Positions 19,034-27,322 of a stretch of 64,000 bases of DNA are shown here, one piece after another. Location of the stretch: assembly GCA_947592005.1 (NCBI GenBank), contig CANQDJ010000001.1, positions 11,035 to 75,034 on the forward strand. The letters run 5' to 3'. The notes under the pieces are model-generated. The model did not search any database. It was not told the origin of the DNA and saw nothing but the letters and a program-made list of their open reading frames with translations. The first letter of the stretch is position 1. Every line of letters begins with the position of its first letter. A program made the translations under genes and the position numbers. The DNA is from an uncultured Anaeroplasma sp. (GTDB taxonomy: Bacteria; Bacillota_I; Bacilli_A; Acholeplasmatales; Anaeroplasmataceae).

Positions 19034-19585
19034 ATGAAAAAATTGTTTTTAGGAATATTTATTGTATTATTTTCCGTATTAATTTTGACGGGGTGTGATT
19101 TTGAATCGACTGCGACCACAAGTGCGGAAGAGGATAAAACTAGTTCAGATAAAGAAGATAGTGGAACTAGTTCAAATGTTAAAGAAATACCTAATTATAA
19201 AATAAATGATAATATCTATGTAACGAATAGTAGTGGCAAATATAGATTTAAGATTACAGGTGTAAAAGAAACCGAAGAAAGAAATCAATTTTCTGACACA
19301 CAAGCCAAAAAAGTTATTGTTATTTCTTATGAATACGAAAATCAAACTCTACAAAATAATTTATATATAAGCAGTATGGATTTTAAGGCATATGATAAAG
19401 ATGATTATATTTTGGAAACGTATGAAGTAATCAATTATAAGTATCCTAGTAGTGTATCAACCGGTCATAAGGAAACAGCCGAAATGGTATTTGCATTAAA
19501 CAATGATATTAATTATATTGAACTTGAATATTATGACAATTTTTTTAATTCTAAACCGGATTGTAAAATTATACTTGAATGGTAA
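19034..19585 (+). CDS. Lipoprotein with probable Ig-like (DUF4352-like) domain
   Basis: Signal peptide with lipobox LTGC, S/T/D/E-rich linker, beta-rich C-terminus. Confidence 0.75.
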   Translation: MKKLFLGIFIVLFSVLILTGCDFESTATTSAEEDKTSSDKEDSGTSSNVKEIPNYKINDNIYVTNSSGKYRFKITGVKETEERNQFSDTQAKKVIVISYEYENQTLQNNLYISSMDFKAYDKDDYILETYEVINYKYPSSVSTGHKETAEMVFALNNDINYIELEYYDNFFNSKPDCKIILEW

Positions 19586-19847
19586 AAATAGAATTGTTAT
19601 ATTGTTGTTTGACGATTAAAGACTTTAAATCACTTCAATAAAAAAGGAAAAGGACTGTGCGGATAGTCCTTTTTGAATTTTAAATATTAGTATAATATCA
19701 TATCAAATTGAAGTATTTTATTTATTTTTTAATAAAATGAATAGTTAAAGTGAAGGATTACTTTTTATTCTTTTTGAAGACGCATCAAAAGTTATTGATA
19801 TAGTGCTTGTAAAAATAATAATTTTGTGGTATATTTATATCGCACTT

Positions 19848-19921
19848 GCTCTCTTAGTTCATCGGTAGAACGTAGCCATGGTAAGGCTAAAAGGTAAGTT
19901 CGATTCTTACAGTGAGCACCA
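19848..19921 (+). tRNA. tRNA-Thr(GGU)
   Basis: Cloverleaf: D-arm GTTC/GAAC, anticodon arm TAGCC-ATGGTAA-GGCTA, T-arm GTAAG-TTCGATT-CTTAC, encoded ACCA; upstream TTGTAA-N17-TATATT promoter and downstream terminator. Confidence 0.9.
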
Positions 19922-19929
19922 GTGGATAT

Positions 19930-19960
19930 AAAACTCGGATTTTATGGTCTGAGTTTTTTT
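19930..19960 (+). terminator. Terminator after tRNA-Thr
   Basis: AAAACTCGGA/TCTGAGTTTT stem plus T run. Confidence 0.7.
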
Positions 19961-20085
19961 ATTTTATAAAATAGAAAAAATTTTCTATAAAATTGTCATA
20001 AATTGTTGTACGAAAAAAAGGACTTGTTTTGTCGAAGGTATTTTTTTTAATATTAGATTCCTTTATAATTTCAAATGGTGATGCT

Positions 20086-20439
20086 ATGGGATTGAATGTG
20101 GGAGTATATGTGAAAAAGAATACCCTTATATTGCGGTTAAAGGGTGAATTGGACGATGTTACGGTTACAGATTTACGAACAAGGATCAGTCGATATATTG
20201 ATGATTACAAGATTAAGCATTTGGTGATCAATGTGGAGAAATTGGAGTTTATGGATTCTTCGGGAATTGGGTTTATTATCGGTCGTTATCACCAATTAAA
20301 GCGAGTTGGTGGAGATGTGGTTTTATGTAATATTCATCAAAAGATTGAAAGAATTGTCCAATTATCCGGATTAAATAAAATATGTTTGATTCAGGAGAAT
20401 GAAGAATCTATTTTAATGGGAATAGGGGGAAGAAATTAA
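20086..20439 (+). CDS. spoIIAA: Anti-sigma-F factor antagonist SpoIIAA (STAS)
   Basis: LRLKGELD and EFMDSSGIG phosphoacceptor motif; start re-placed at ATG 20086. Confidence 0.9.
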   Translation: MGLNVGVYVKKNTLILRLKGELDDVTVTDLRTRISRYIDDYKIKHLVINVEKLEFMDSSGIGFIIGRYHQLKRVGGDVVLCNIHQKIERIVQLSGLNKICLIQENEESILMGIGGRN

Positions 20440-20855
20440 TGGAAAATGAAGTACGATTAACGTTTTTATCAAAGCGATGTAATATTGCGGTGATCCGAAA
20501 TATGTTGGGAGCGATGTTGGTGGATAATAATCCTACCATTACGTTTATCAATGAATTAAAAACAGTTGTCAGTGAAGCAATAACGAATGCGATTGTTCAT
20601 GGGTATGATAATAAAGAAGATAAGTATATCGAAATGAATGTTTTCTTGTATGCGGATTGTGTTAAAATCGATATTATCGATAAAGGTTGTGGAATTGAAG
20701 ATGTGGCTCTAGCCAGAGAGGCTTTATATTCTACGAAAGCCGATGAAGAACGAAGTGGATTGGGATTTACGATTATGGAAATGTTCAGCGACAGTTTGAT
20801 TGTTGAGAGTAAAAAAGGAGAAGGAACGTACTTACATTTAGAGAAGAATTGGTAG
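20439..20855 (+). CDS. spoIIAB: Anti-sigma-F factor/kinase SpoIIAB
   Basis: ELKTVVSEAITNAIVHGY, DKGCGI, ERSGLGFTIME, GEGT GHKL motifs. Confidence 0.92.
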   Translation: MENEVRLTFLSKRCNIAVIRNMLGAMLVDNNPTITFINELKTVVSEAITNAIVHGYDNKEDKYIEMNVFLYADCVKIDIIDKGCGIEDVALAREALYSTKADEERSGLGFTIMEMFSDSLIVESKKGEGTYLHLEKNW

Positions 20856-20884
20856 TATAAAATTTTCTATAAATAGGCATAATA
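20855..20884 (+). promoter_or_regulatory. Sigma-G-type promoter of spoVA
   Basis: GTATA-N18-CATAATA matches GHATA-N18-CATAHTA. Confidence 0.6.
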
Positions 20885-20899
20885 GAATTAGGTGATATT

Positions 20900-21343
20900 A
20901 TGCAAAATACAACGAAATATTATGAAAGTCTTGTAAAAACACAACGAAATTATAAACAGATGACGATAAGTTTTTTACAAGCCTTTTTCTTTGGTGGTTT
21001 ATTATGTCTTTTCGGACAAGTTATTTTAACTATATTGAATTTGTTTTTTTCGCCGAATGAATCGAATTTTTATCTTTTGATAATCATTATTTCTCTTGCC
21101 GCAATTTTATCTGCAGTGGGTATATATGACGATATGGGACAAATTGCCAAATGTGGGCTTGCCATACCAATTTCCGGTTTTTCCAATGCATGTGTCAGTG
21201 CGGCAATGGAATATAAAAAAGAAGGGCTTGTTTTGGGAATAGGGAGTAATTGTTTGAAACTTGCGGGTAGTGTTATTGTATTGGGGACTTGTAGTGCGAT
21301 TATTGTTTCTTCCATAAGATATATTATAGAGGTTTTAATATGA
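20900..21343 (+). CDS. spoVAC: Stage V sporulation protein AC
   Basis: AFFFGGLLCLFGQ, GLAIPISGFSNA, KLAGSVIV. Confidence 0.9.
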   Translation: MQNTTKYYESLVKTQRNYKQMTISFLQAFFFGGLLCLFGQVILTILNLFFSPNESNFYLLIIIISLAAILSAVGIYDDMGQIAKCGLAIPISGFSNACVSAAMEYKKEGLVLGIGSNCLKLAGSVIVLGTCSAIIVSSIRYIIEVLI

Positions 21344-22317
21344 ATTTTATGTTTGAGAATAGATTTCTTTTGGATAGTATTGTTTTAAGTGGTGAATTGG
21401 AAAAAGAAGGACCGATAGGAGATTATATTGATTACAGTTCAACGTTTATAAATACTTCGTTTGAAAATAGCGAGATAGCCATGTTATATCAAAGTATGGA
21501 TATGTTATTGGAAAAATTAAATCTAACGCAGGAAGAAATAGATTTGGCAATCGGGGGAGAATTATCCAATCAACTGACGACAACCAGTTATACGATGAGA
21601 AAATTATGGATTAGTTTAATCGGTATTTATTCGGCATGTTCTACGATAGCGTTGGGAATCGGATTGGCAAGTTTACTTTTGGATAATCCGAAGATTCAAA
21701 ATATTTTGGTTTTTACTTCCAGCAATAATCAAAGTGCGGAGCGACAATTTCGAAATCCCAATGAGTATGGAGGAGAAAAAGAAAATACGCAAACTTTTAC
21801 GTCTACAATAGCCGCCAGTTGCATTATAACAAAGAAAAAATCGCCGATTCGCATATCTTCATTTACGATTGGTAAAGTGGTAGATATAGGATTTTCTGAT
21901 GCTTTGGATTTTGGACGAGCAATGGCACCAGCCGCTATTGAAACGATTTTGGAGCATTTTAAGGAAAGAAGGACAAAGCCTTCGGATTATGATTTGATAT
22001 TAACGGGGGATTTATCGAGTTTTGGATATGAACTTGTTTTAAAGGCATTGGAAGAGCGGTTTGGAGAAATTCGTAATTATAGAGATTGCGGACTTTTGTT
22101 ATATGATATCGATCGACAACCTGTTTTTGCAGGAGGAAGCGGTCCGGGAACTAGTGCGGCAGTTTTGTTATCCTATATAAAAAAAGAAATGCTTATTCGG
22201 AAATATCGGCGAGTTCTTTTATGTGCGACAGGAGCACTTATGAATCCGACAATGATCAATCAAAAGAATTCGTTACCTTGTATCGCTCATGCTATAGAGT
22301 TGGAGGTGGCAGAATGA
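21340..22317 (+). CDS. spoVAD: Stage V sporulation protein AD
   Basis: EKEGPIGDYID, ACST, SAERQFRNPNEYG, GRAMAPAA, AGGSG, ATGALM. Confidence 0.93.
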   Translation: MNFMFENRFLLDSIVLSGELEKEGPIGDYIDYSSTFINTSFENSEIAMLYQSMDMLLEKLNLTQEEIDLAIGGELSNQLTTTSYTMRKLWISLIGIYSACSTIALGIGLASLLLDNPKIQNILVFTSSNNQSAERQFRNPNEYGGEKENTQTFTSTIAASCIITKKKSPIRISSFTIGKVVDIGFSDALDFGRAMAPAAIETILEHFKERRTKPSDYDLILTGDLSSFGYELVLKALEERFGEIRNYRDCGLLLYDIDRQPVFAGGSGPGTSAAVLLSYIKKEMLIRKYRRVLLCATGALMNPTMINQKNSLPCIAHAIELEVAE

Positions 22318-22664
22318 TTTTTCTTTGTGCTTTTATGATTGGTGGCGGAATATGTGCACTCGGTGAACTCATAAAGTGTCTGCTTAAATGGACTACAGGA
22401 CATATAACGGTTTTGTTCGTATCACTAGGAACATTGTTGGATTTTAATCATTTTTATGAAAAATTGATTGATATCGGCGGGGCAGGAGCACTTTTGCCGA
22501 TCACCAGTTTTGGTCATTCTTTGGCTCATGCAAGTTTTGAGAAGGCTCAACAAGTGGGATTTATAGGTATTTTTACGGGTATGTTTGATAAGACGTCCGG
22601 TGGAATCGCCTTTACTATATTTATAGCGGTTATAATTGCTTTGTTATTTAAACCGAAATCTTAA
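22314..22664 (+). CDS. spoVAE: Stage V sporulation protein AE (SpoVAEb)
   Basis: AFMIGGGIC, GGAGALLPITSFGHSL, LLFKPKS; ATGA overlap with spoVAD. Confidence 0.9.
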   Translation: MIFLCAFMIGGGICALGELIKCLLKWTTGHITVLFVSLGTLLDFNHFYEKLIDIGGAGALLPITSFGHSLAHASFEKAQQVGFIGIFTGMFDKTSGGIAFTIFIAVIIALLFKPKS

Positions 22665-22670
22665 ATGGAA

Positions 22671-22696
22671 AATCTCCGCTTTGTCGGAGTTTTTTT
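22671..22696 (+). terminator. Terminator of the spoVA operon
   Basis: CTCCG/CGGAG stem followed by T7. Confidence 0.7.
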
Positions 22697-22715
22697 ATTT
22701 TATAAAAATTATAGT

Positions 22716-22735
22716 AAAAAAGAAGACAATTATAA
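22716..22735 (+). repeat. Left 20-bp direct repeat of the island
   Basis: AAAAAAGAAGACAATTATAA, identical to 34964-34983. Confidence 0.8.
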
Positions 22736-22771
22736 TTCCTTAATTTTTTTAGAACGTTAAATCTAGATACG

Positions 22772-22793
22772 GGATTGTGGAGTTCCACAGTCC
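22772..22793. repeat. Short hairpin of the GG(A)CTGTG/CACAG(T)CC family
   Basis: GGATTGTGG-agtt-CCACAGTCC. Confidence 0.45.
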
Positions 22794-23361
22794 ATATTTT
22801 ACATAAAAATGGGTATTTATTACAAGATACTACAATTTTCTTGACAAATATCTTTAATTTCACTTAAAATCAAAATGAATTATGAAAAAAATGACGATTG
22901 AAAAAATAATTCCTTTGACAAAACTAGGAAACAGGAATGTACAAATATGCTTAGGTAAAAATGCATAGATGTAACATCTAATGAGAAGCAAAGTATGGTT
23001 TAGAACAAGTAGCAAACCAAAGGAATCAAGATGCAAAATGAATTTCTTTCATTTCTATTTTATAAAAATATGAAAGAGTTTATATTTTTACTTATCAAGT
23101 GTATTTAACTTAAATAAATCAAATTTGATAGTAATAAAAAATATTGATATTTCAAAAAAGGATTCATTTATGAATTATTAAAACAATTTCAGTAAATTCA
23201 AGGGAATTAAAAGAAATTTGTTCAAAGTTTGAAGCCTTTTTAGAAAATTAGTAAATAGAAAAAGTAATTGAACTATTACCTAGCGTATAAAAAACTTATC
23301 AAAGATGATTTTCAAATCATTTATAAAAAAACTTAATTCTTGTGTAGAGGGAGGTATAAAT

Positions 23362-24549
23362 ATGGCAGTTGCAGAAGTTATTAAGTTTGAGGGCCCGCAA
23401 GATGCCCTAGTGTGGAAAAATGGTGGTAGAGAATATATGATTAGTGGGAATGAGAAATTTAATGCTCTTTCTCAATTAATTGTTGAAGAATTCCATGAAG
23501 CGATTTTATTTTCTAATGGTATGGCATTGGATTTATTTAAGGCAGGACGCTATACATTATCTACCCAGAATATTCCTATGCTATCTAAAATGTATGAGAA
23601 CATAGTAGATGGATCACCATTTCCTTGTAAAGTTTACTTTATCAATAAAGTTCATCAATTAGAATTGAAATGGGGTACACAAGGAGGAATCACTTTAAAT
23701 GATCCGATTTATGACATTTTTCTTCATGTTGGTTGTTGTGGGACTATGGCAGTTAGAATCTCTGACTCAAGGAAATTTTTATTAAAATTTGTAGGAAATA
23801 AAGATGTTTTTGAAAATAAGGATCTTTTAATGAATTTAAGAGGTATTATTTCTTCCAATGTAAAAAATTTCATATCAAAAATAATGATTCAAGGTAAAGT
23901 AAGCTTTTTTGATATGAATGCTCATATCTTTGATATTGGGCAACTTGTTGCTAAAGTTTTAGGAACAATTTTTGATGGATATGGATTATCTATCGAACAA
24001 TTTAATATTGAAACCATTGACGTACCAAAAGAAGATTATGAAGAAATTAATAAGGCAAAGAGTTTAAATACATCTCGTAAGATCCAAGGATTTACATGGC
24101 AAGAAGAGCAAATGAATAAGATTTTAGATGATGCTGCTAAAAATGAAGGTGCCGGTAATATGATGGGAACTGGTATGGGTATTGGAATGGGATTTGGTAT
24201 GGGTGCCCCTATGGGACAAGCCTTTGGAAATATGGGCAATTCCATTTTTGGAGAAACAAAAATTAACTCAGGGAAAGATTCTAATCAAACTTCCAAGCCA
24301 ACTCAAATCAATAATAATGGTGGAGAAAATTTAAATATTAATAACTTCTTTAATGCCGGTGCTAAAGATCAATCTAATGATCAATCGACTACTATTTGTC
24401 CTTCATGTGGAGCAAAATTAGCAAATGGTGTTGCATTCTGTTCATTCTGTGGAGCGAAGCAACAGTTAACTGCTGTTTGTCCAACATGCCATGCTCAAGT
24501 AGAAGGTTCAGCTATGTTCTGTTCATTTTGTGGTACTAAATTAAAATAA
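23362..24549 (+). CDS. SPFH/Band-7 domain protein with C-terminal double zinc ribbon (YdjI-like)
   Basis: SQLIVEEFHEAILF, FPCKVYFINK and KWGT motifs; GMGIGMGFGMG; four CxxC pairs (CPSC, CSFC, CPTC, CSFC); GGAGG RBS before ATG 23362. Confidence 0.85.
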   Translation: MAVAEVIKFEGPQDALVWKNGGREYMISGNEKFNALSQLIVEEFHEAILFSNGMALDLFKAGRYTLSTQNIPMLSKMYENIVDGSPFPCKVYFINKVHQLELKWGTQGGITLNDPIYDIFLHVGCCGTMAVRISDSRKFLLKFVGNKDVFENKDLLMNLRGIISSNVKNFISKIMIQGKVSFFDMNAHIFDIGQLVAKVLGTIFDGYGLSIEQFNIETIDVPKEDYEEINKAKSLNTSRKIQGFTWQEEQMNKILDDAAKNEGAGNMMGTGMGIGMGFGMGAPMGQAFGNMGNSIFGETKINSGKDSNQTSKPTQINNNGGENLNINNFFNAGAKDQSNDQSTTICPSCGAKLANGVAFCSFCGAKQQLTAVCPTCHAQVEGSAMFCSFCGTKLK

Positions 24550-24564
24550 GGTGGGAATGAAAAT

Positions 24565-25296
24565 ATGAAAATGAGTACAAGAAAGTATAATTATATTGGG
24601 TTAATTATCGCCTATAGCATTTTATTTGTGTTATTTAACGTTTTAATATTTGTAATTTTTAAGCCTTGGAATTTTGAAAAAACTGCTTGTATAGCAGCAT
24701 TTTGGTGGTCATATGCATTTTTTACTATAGCATTTTTAGCTCAATTAAGTTCTCTATTTGTAATTGATAGAAAAAAAGAAATTACGGCTGTTTTCATGGG
24801 AATTCCATTATTTTATATTTCTATTGGATATTTCCTAGCTGCAACATTTGTATCGGCTTTATTTATGGTATTGGCTTCATTTAAAGTGGAAACACCGCTA
24901 GAACTTGTTATCGTATTGCAAATTGTCTTATTGGGGCTTTACTTAGTAGCATTTATTTTAGCTTTGTTAACTAAGCGAACAATTAGTGATATAGGCGAAC
25001 ATCAAAAAGAAAATGTTGCTCATATTCGTATAATGGTTGATAAAGTTGAGTTGTGTGCTGAAATGATAGAGGATCAAAGTACTAAAAAGAGCATAATGGA
25101 ATTTGCAGAAAATATAAGATACTCTGATCCAATGAGTACAAAAGTAGTAGAAAATTTAGATAAAAAATTGAATTTGCTTATTGATGAATTAAAGTCTGCT
25201 ACATTACTAAAAGACTTAGATAAGATACAACTTTTATTAAGAGAAGGGAACCTTACTTTATTAGAAAGAAATAAGATGATTGTAAGTAATAAATAA
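24565..25296 (+). CDS. Hypothetical multi-TM protein with cytoplasmic helical tail
   Basis: About five hydrophobic helices, then a helical domain containing IRYSDPMS. Confidence 0.8.
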   Translation: MKMSTRKYNYIGLIIAYSILFVLFNVLIFVIFKPWNFEKTACIAAFWWSYAFFTIAFLAQLSSLFVIDRKKEITAVFMGIPLFYISIGYFLAATFVSALFMVLASFKVETPLELVIVLQIVLLGLYLVAFILALLTKRTISDIGEHQKENVAHIRIMVDKVELCAEMIEDQSTKKSIMEFAENIRYSDPMSTKVVENLDKKLNLLIDELKSATLLKDLDKIQLLLREGNLTLLERNKMIVSNK

Positions 25297-25308
25297 GGGG
25301 GGACTTTT

Positions 25309-27303
25309 ATGGCAATTAAACTATCAACCCATAGATGTGTGGATTGCTTTGGCAAGTTAGAGTTTAATAAAATACAAAAAGTATTTGAATGCCCATATTG
25401 TGGAAGAGTTTATGAAAAAGATATGCAATTTGAAAAAATTCAAATTGATGGATTGGCTGGAATAAATGATACTGCTCGTGCAGTTTTATTAGATATTGCC
25501 AATCAAAATTTTGATAGTGCATGCAAAAATTTAGATGAATGTGAAAAACTAAATCACAATTATATCGGGACATGGATTGCAAATATTTGCTACTACCTCT
25601 TTATGGCCAGTGCTAATAAATCCGATGCAAAGGTATATGTTGCCAAATCAAAATATTATTTAGATCAGATCAAAGAAGAGCGTTCGAATGTTGAAGAAGA
25701 TGAAAAAAATTTTTATGATGTTTTGACACAGCCTGAAATCTATGCAGTAGTTTATGCAACCTTTCTAAATGTAGGATTATTAGAAAGAGCATCTTATATT
25801 GCAAATTTCTTAGAATTTGATAAAATTTTAAATTCTAATTTAAATAAAATATTACTGAACATCTGCTTAAAAGCAAATGCATTTTCAGAAGTTGATCAAA
25901 TTGTGTCTAATATAGATTTTATTGATAAGCGATATACTTTGTATGAAGTACTCAAACATTATCCGGATACAGAGCAAAAAATAAGTAATATTAAACATTT
26001 ATTTGAAGCAAATGCATTTACCTACAAAGATACATCGCTTGTTAAAAAATATATAGAAGAAACAAATGATTCGTCTATAACAAAATTAGAAGTAATGGTA
26101 CAAGCATTTCAATTAAAAATGGATATAGATATATCTGAAATTATTGACAATATTCTTGATGAAAAATGTGATGATAAATTAGTGGAAAGAACATTCTCAG
26201 CTATTAAAAATGTTAAACTATCGGAAACAGATGCATATAAACTACTAGACTATTGTATGAGTGATCAATGTACAAGTTGTAAAGTTGCAAAGGCAGGTAT
26301 CGACACTTTAAAGGCAAACGGGAGTATATACGAGATACGTGCACAAAGTATAATAAACCTATTCAACTATTCAAAGTTAAATATTGAAGAAAAGAATGAA
26401 CTTGTAAGCCAAATATTTCAGAATTTTAGAGTCAGTCAAAAAGGCATGGATCTATTGAGTAACTTTTTGCTTCTTGCATATGAAGATGATGAGGAAAATA
26501 GATATAAAGTTATATGTCCTATTTTGGAAAAAAGTACTTCTATAACTCTAAATACAATGACAGATTATTTAATAGGAAAAAATAAAGATGGTAATTTTAA
26601 AATAGACATTTCTAAATTGATTTTTAGTTTGAAAATAAATGAGGTATATTTTAAAGGATTACTATCAAATTATCTTTTGAATACAACAGACTCTATTCAT
26701 GTGGTTTTTGAGATTATAAAGGAATTAGCCGCCAAGAAATGTGATATAAATCAAGAAGCATTAAAAGTTTTAATTGTAAAATATGATCTTAGTTCGGATA
26801 TGCTCACATTTGTGTTTAATATGAATATTCAAGTATCAAATGATCTTTTAGAAATTTATTTAAAAAAAGCAATTTCTAATGGAACACTTAATGCTAATGT
26901 AATCGCAAAGTTACTAAATTACAAAACTAACATATCAAATAAAACGATTTCTGATTTTATATTAAAAGTAAAAGATAATCAGATTAAAACTAATTTCATA
27001 GGAAAACTTATTCAGAATTGTTCTGACCTGCGATTTGCATCTTCCTATACATGCTCTTATTTAGGCCATAGTATTGTTTGCAATTTTATACAAAATTATT
27101 TTTTTACTTCAGTTGACGAGCCAAGTACCCGTTTCATCATTTGTAAAGAACTTATGAATTATAAAATTAAGCTCTCAGATGATATTTTAGTAGATAAAAA
27201 GAAAAAATCATTTAAAAAATACATTTTAGAAAATAAATCTAACTTATCAACTGAGGTGGTTGATTTATGTGATTCTTTAGGTGTATTTAAAATGTTTTTT
27301 TAA
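25309..27303 (+). CDS. Zn-ribbon plus alpha-helical repeat protein
   Basis: N-terminal CVDC...CPYC ribbon; recurring L..YL....D....K..I..L units. Confidence 0.75.
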   Translation: MAIKLSTHRCVDCFGKLEFNKIQKVFECPYCGRVYEKDMQFEKIQIDGLAGINDTARAVLLDIANQNFDSACKNLDECEKLNHNYIGTWIANICYYLFMASANKSDAKVYVAKSKYYLDQIKEERSNVEEDEKNFYDVLTQPEIYAVVYATFLNVGLLERASYIANFLEFDKILNSNLNKILLNICLKANAFSEVDQIVSNIDFIDKRYTLYEVLKHYPDTEQKISNIKHLFEANAFTYKDTSLVKKYIEETNDSSITKLEVMVQAFQLKMDIDISEIIDNILDEKCDDKLVERTFSAIKNVKLSETDAYKLLDYCMSDQCTSCKVAKAGIDTLKANGSIYEIRAQSIINLFNYSKLNIEEKNELVSQIFQNFRVSQKGMDLLSNFLLLAYEDDEENRYKVICPILEKSTSITLNTMTDYLIGKNKDGNFKIDISKLIFSLKINEVYFKGLLSNYLLNTTDSIHVVFEIIKELAAKKCDINQEALKVLIVKYDLSSDMLTFVFNMNIQVSNDLLEIYLKKAISNGTLNANVIAKLLNYKTNISNKTISDFILKVKDNQIKTNFIGKLIQNCSDLRFASSYTCSYLGHSIVCNFIQNYFFTSVDEPSTRFIICKELMNYKIKLSDDILVDKKKKSFKKYILENKSNLSTEVVDLCDSLGVFKMFF

Positions 27304-27322
27304 GAAAGAGAGATGATAAGGA

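Noticed and set aside
18880-19921. Lipoprotein gene as a tRNA-integrated islet
   Set aside because: It lies on the 5' side of the tRNA, and no duplicated tRNA 3' fragment or integrase was found.
19990-20085. Sigma-H or Spo0A sites upstream of spoIIAA
   Set aside because: AGGA-like boxes are present, but there is no properly spaced GAAT -10 and no clear 0A box.
22648-22863. 71-aa minus-strand ORF at the island left end
   Set aside because: Spans a terminator and the direct repeat; no RBS and no integrase motifs.
22990-23060. Possible c-di-GMP-I riboswitch in the island leader (GCAAACC...GATGCAAAA)
   Set aside because: The P2 stem, GAAA tetraloop and GGGACGCAAA core are not present; an Infernal run would be needed.
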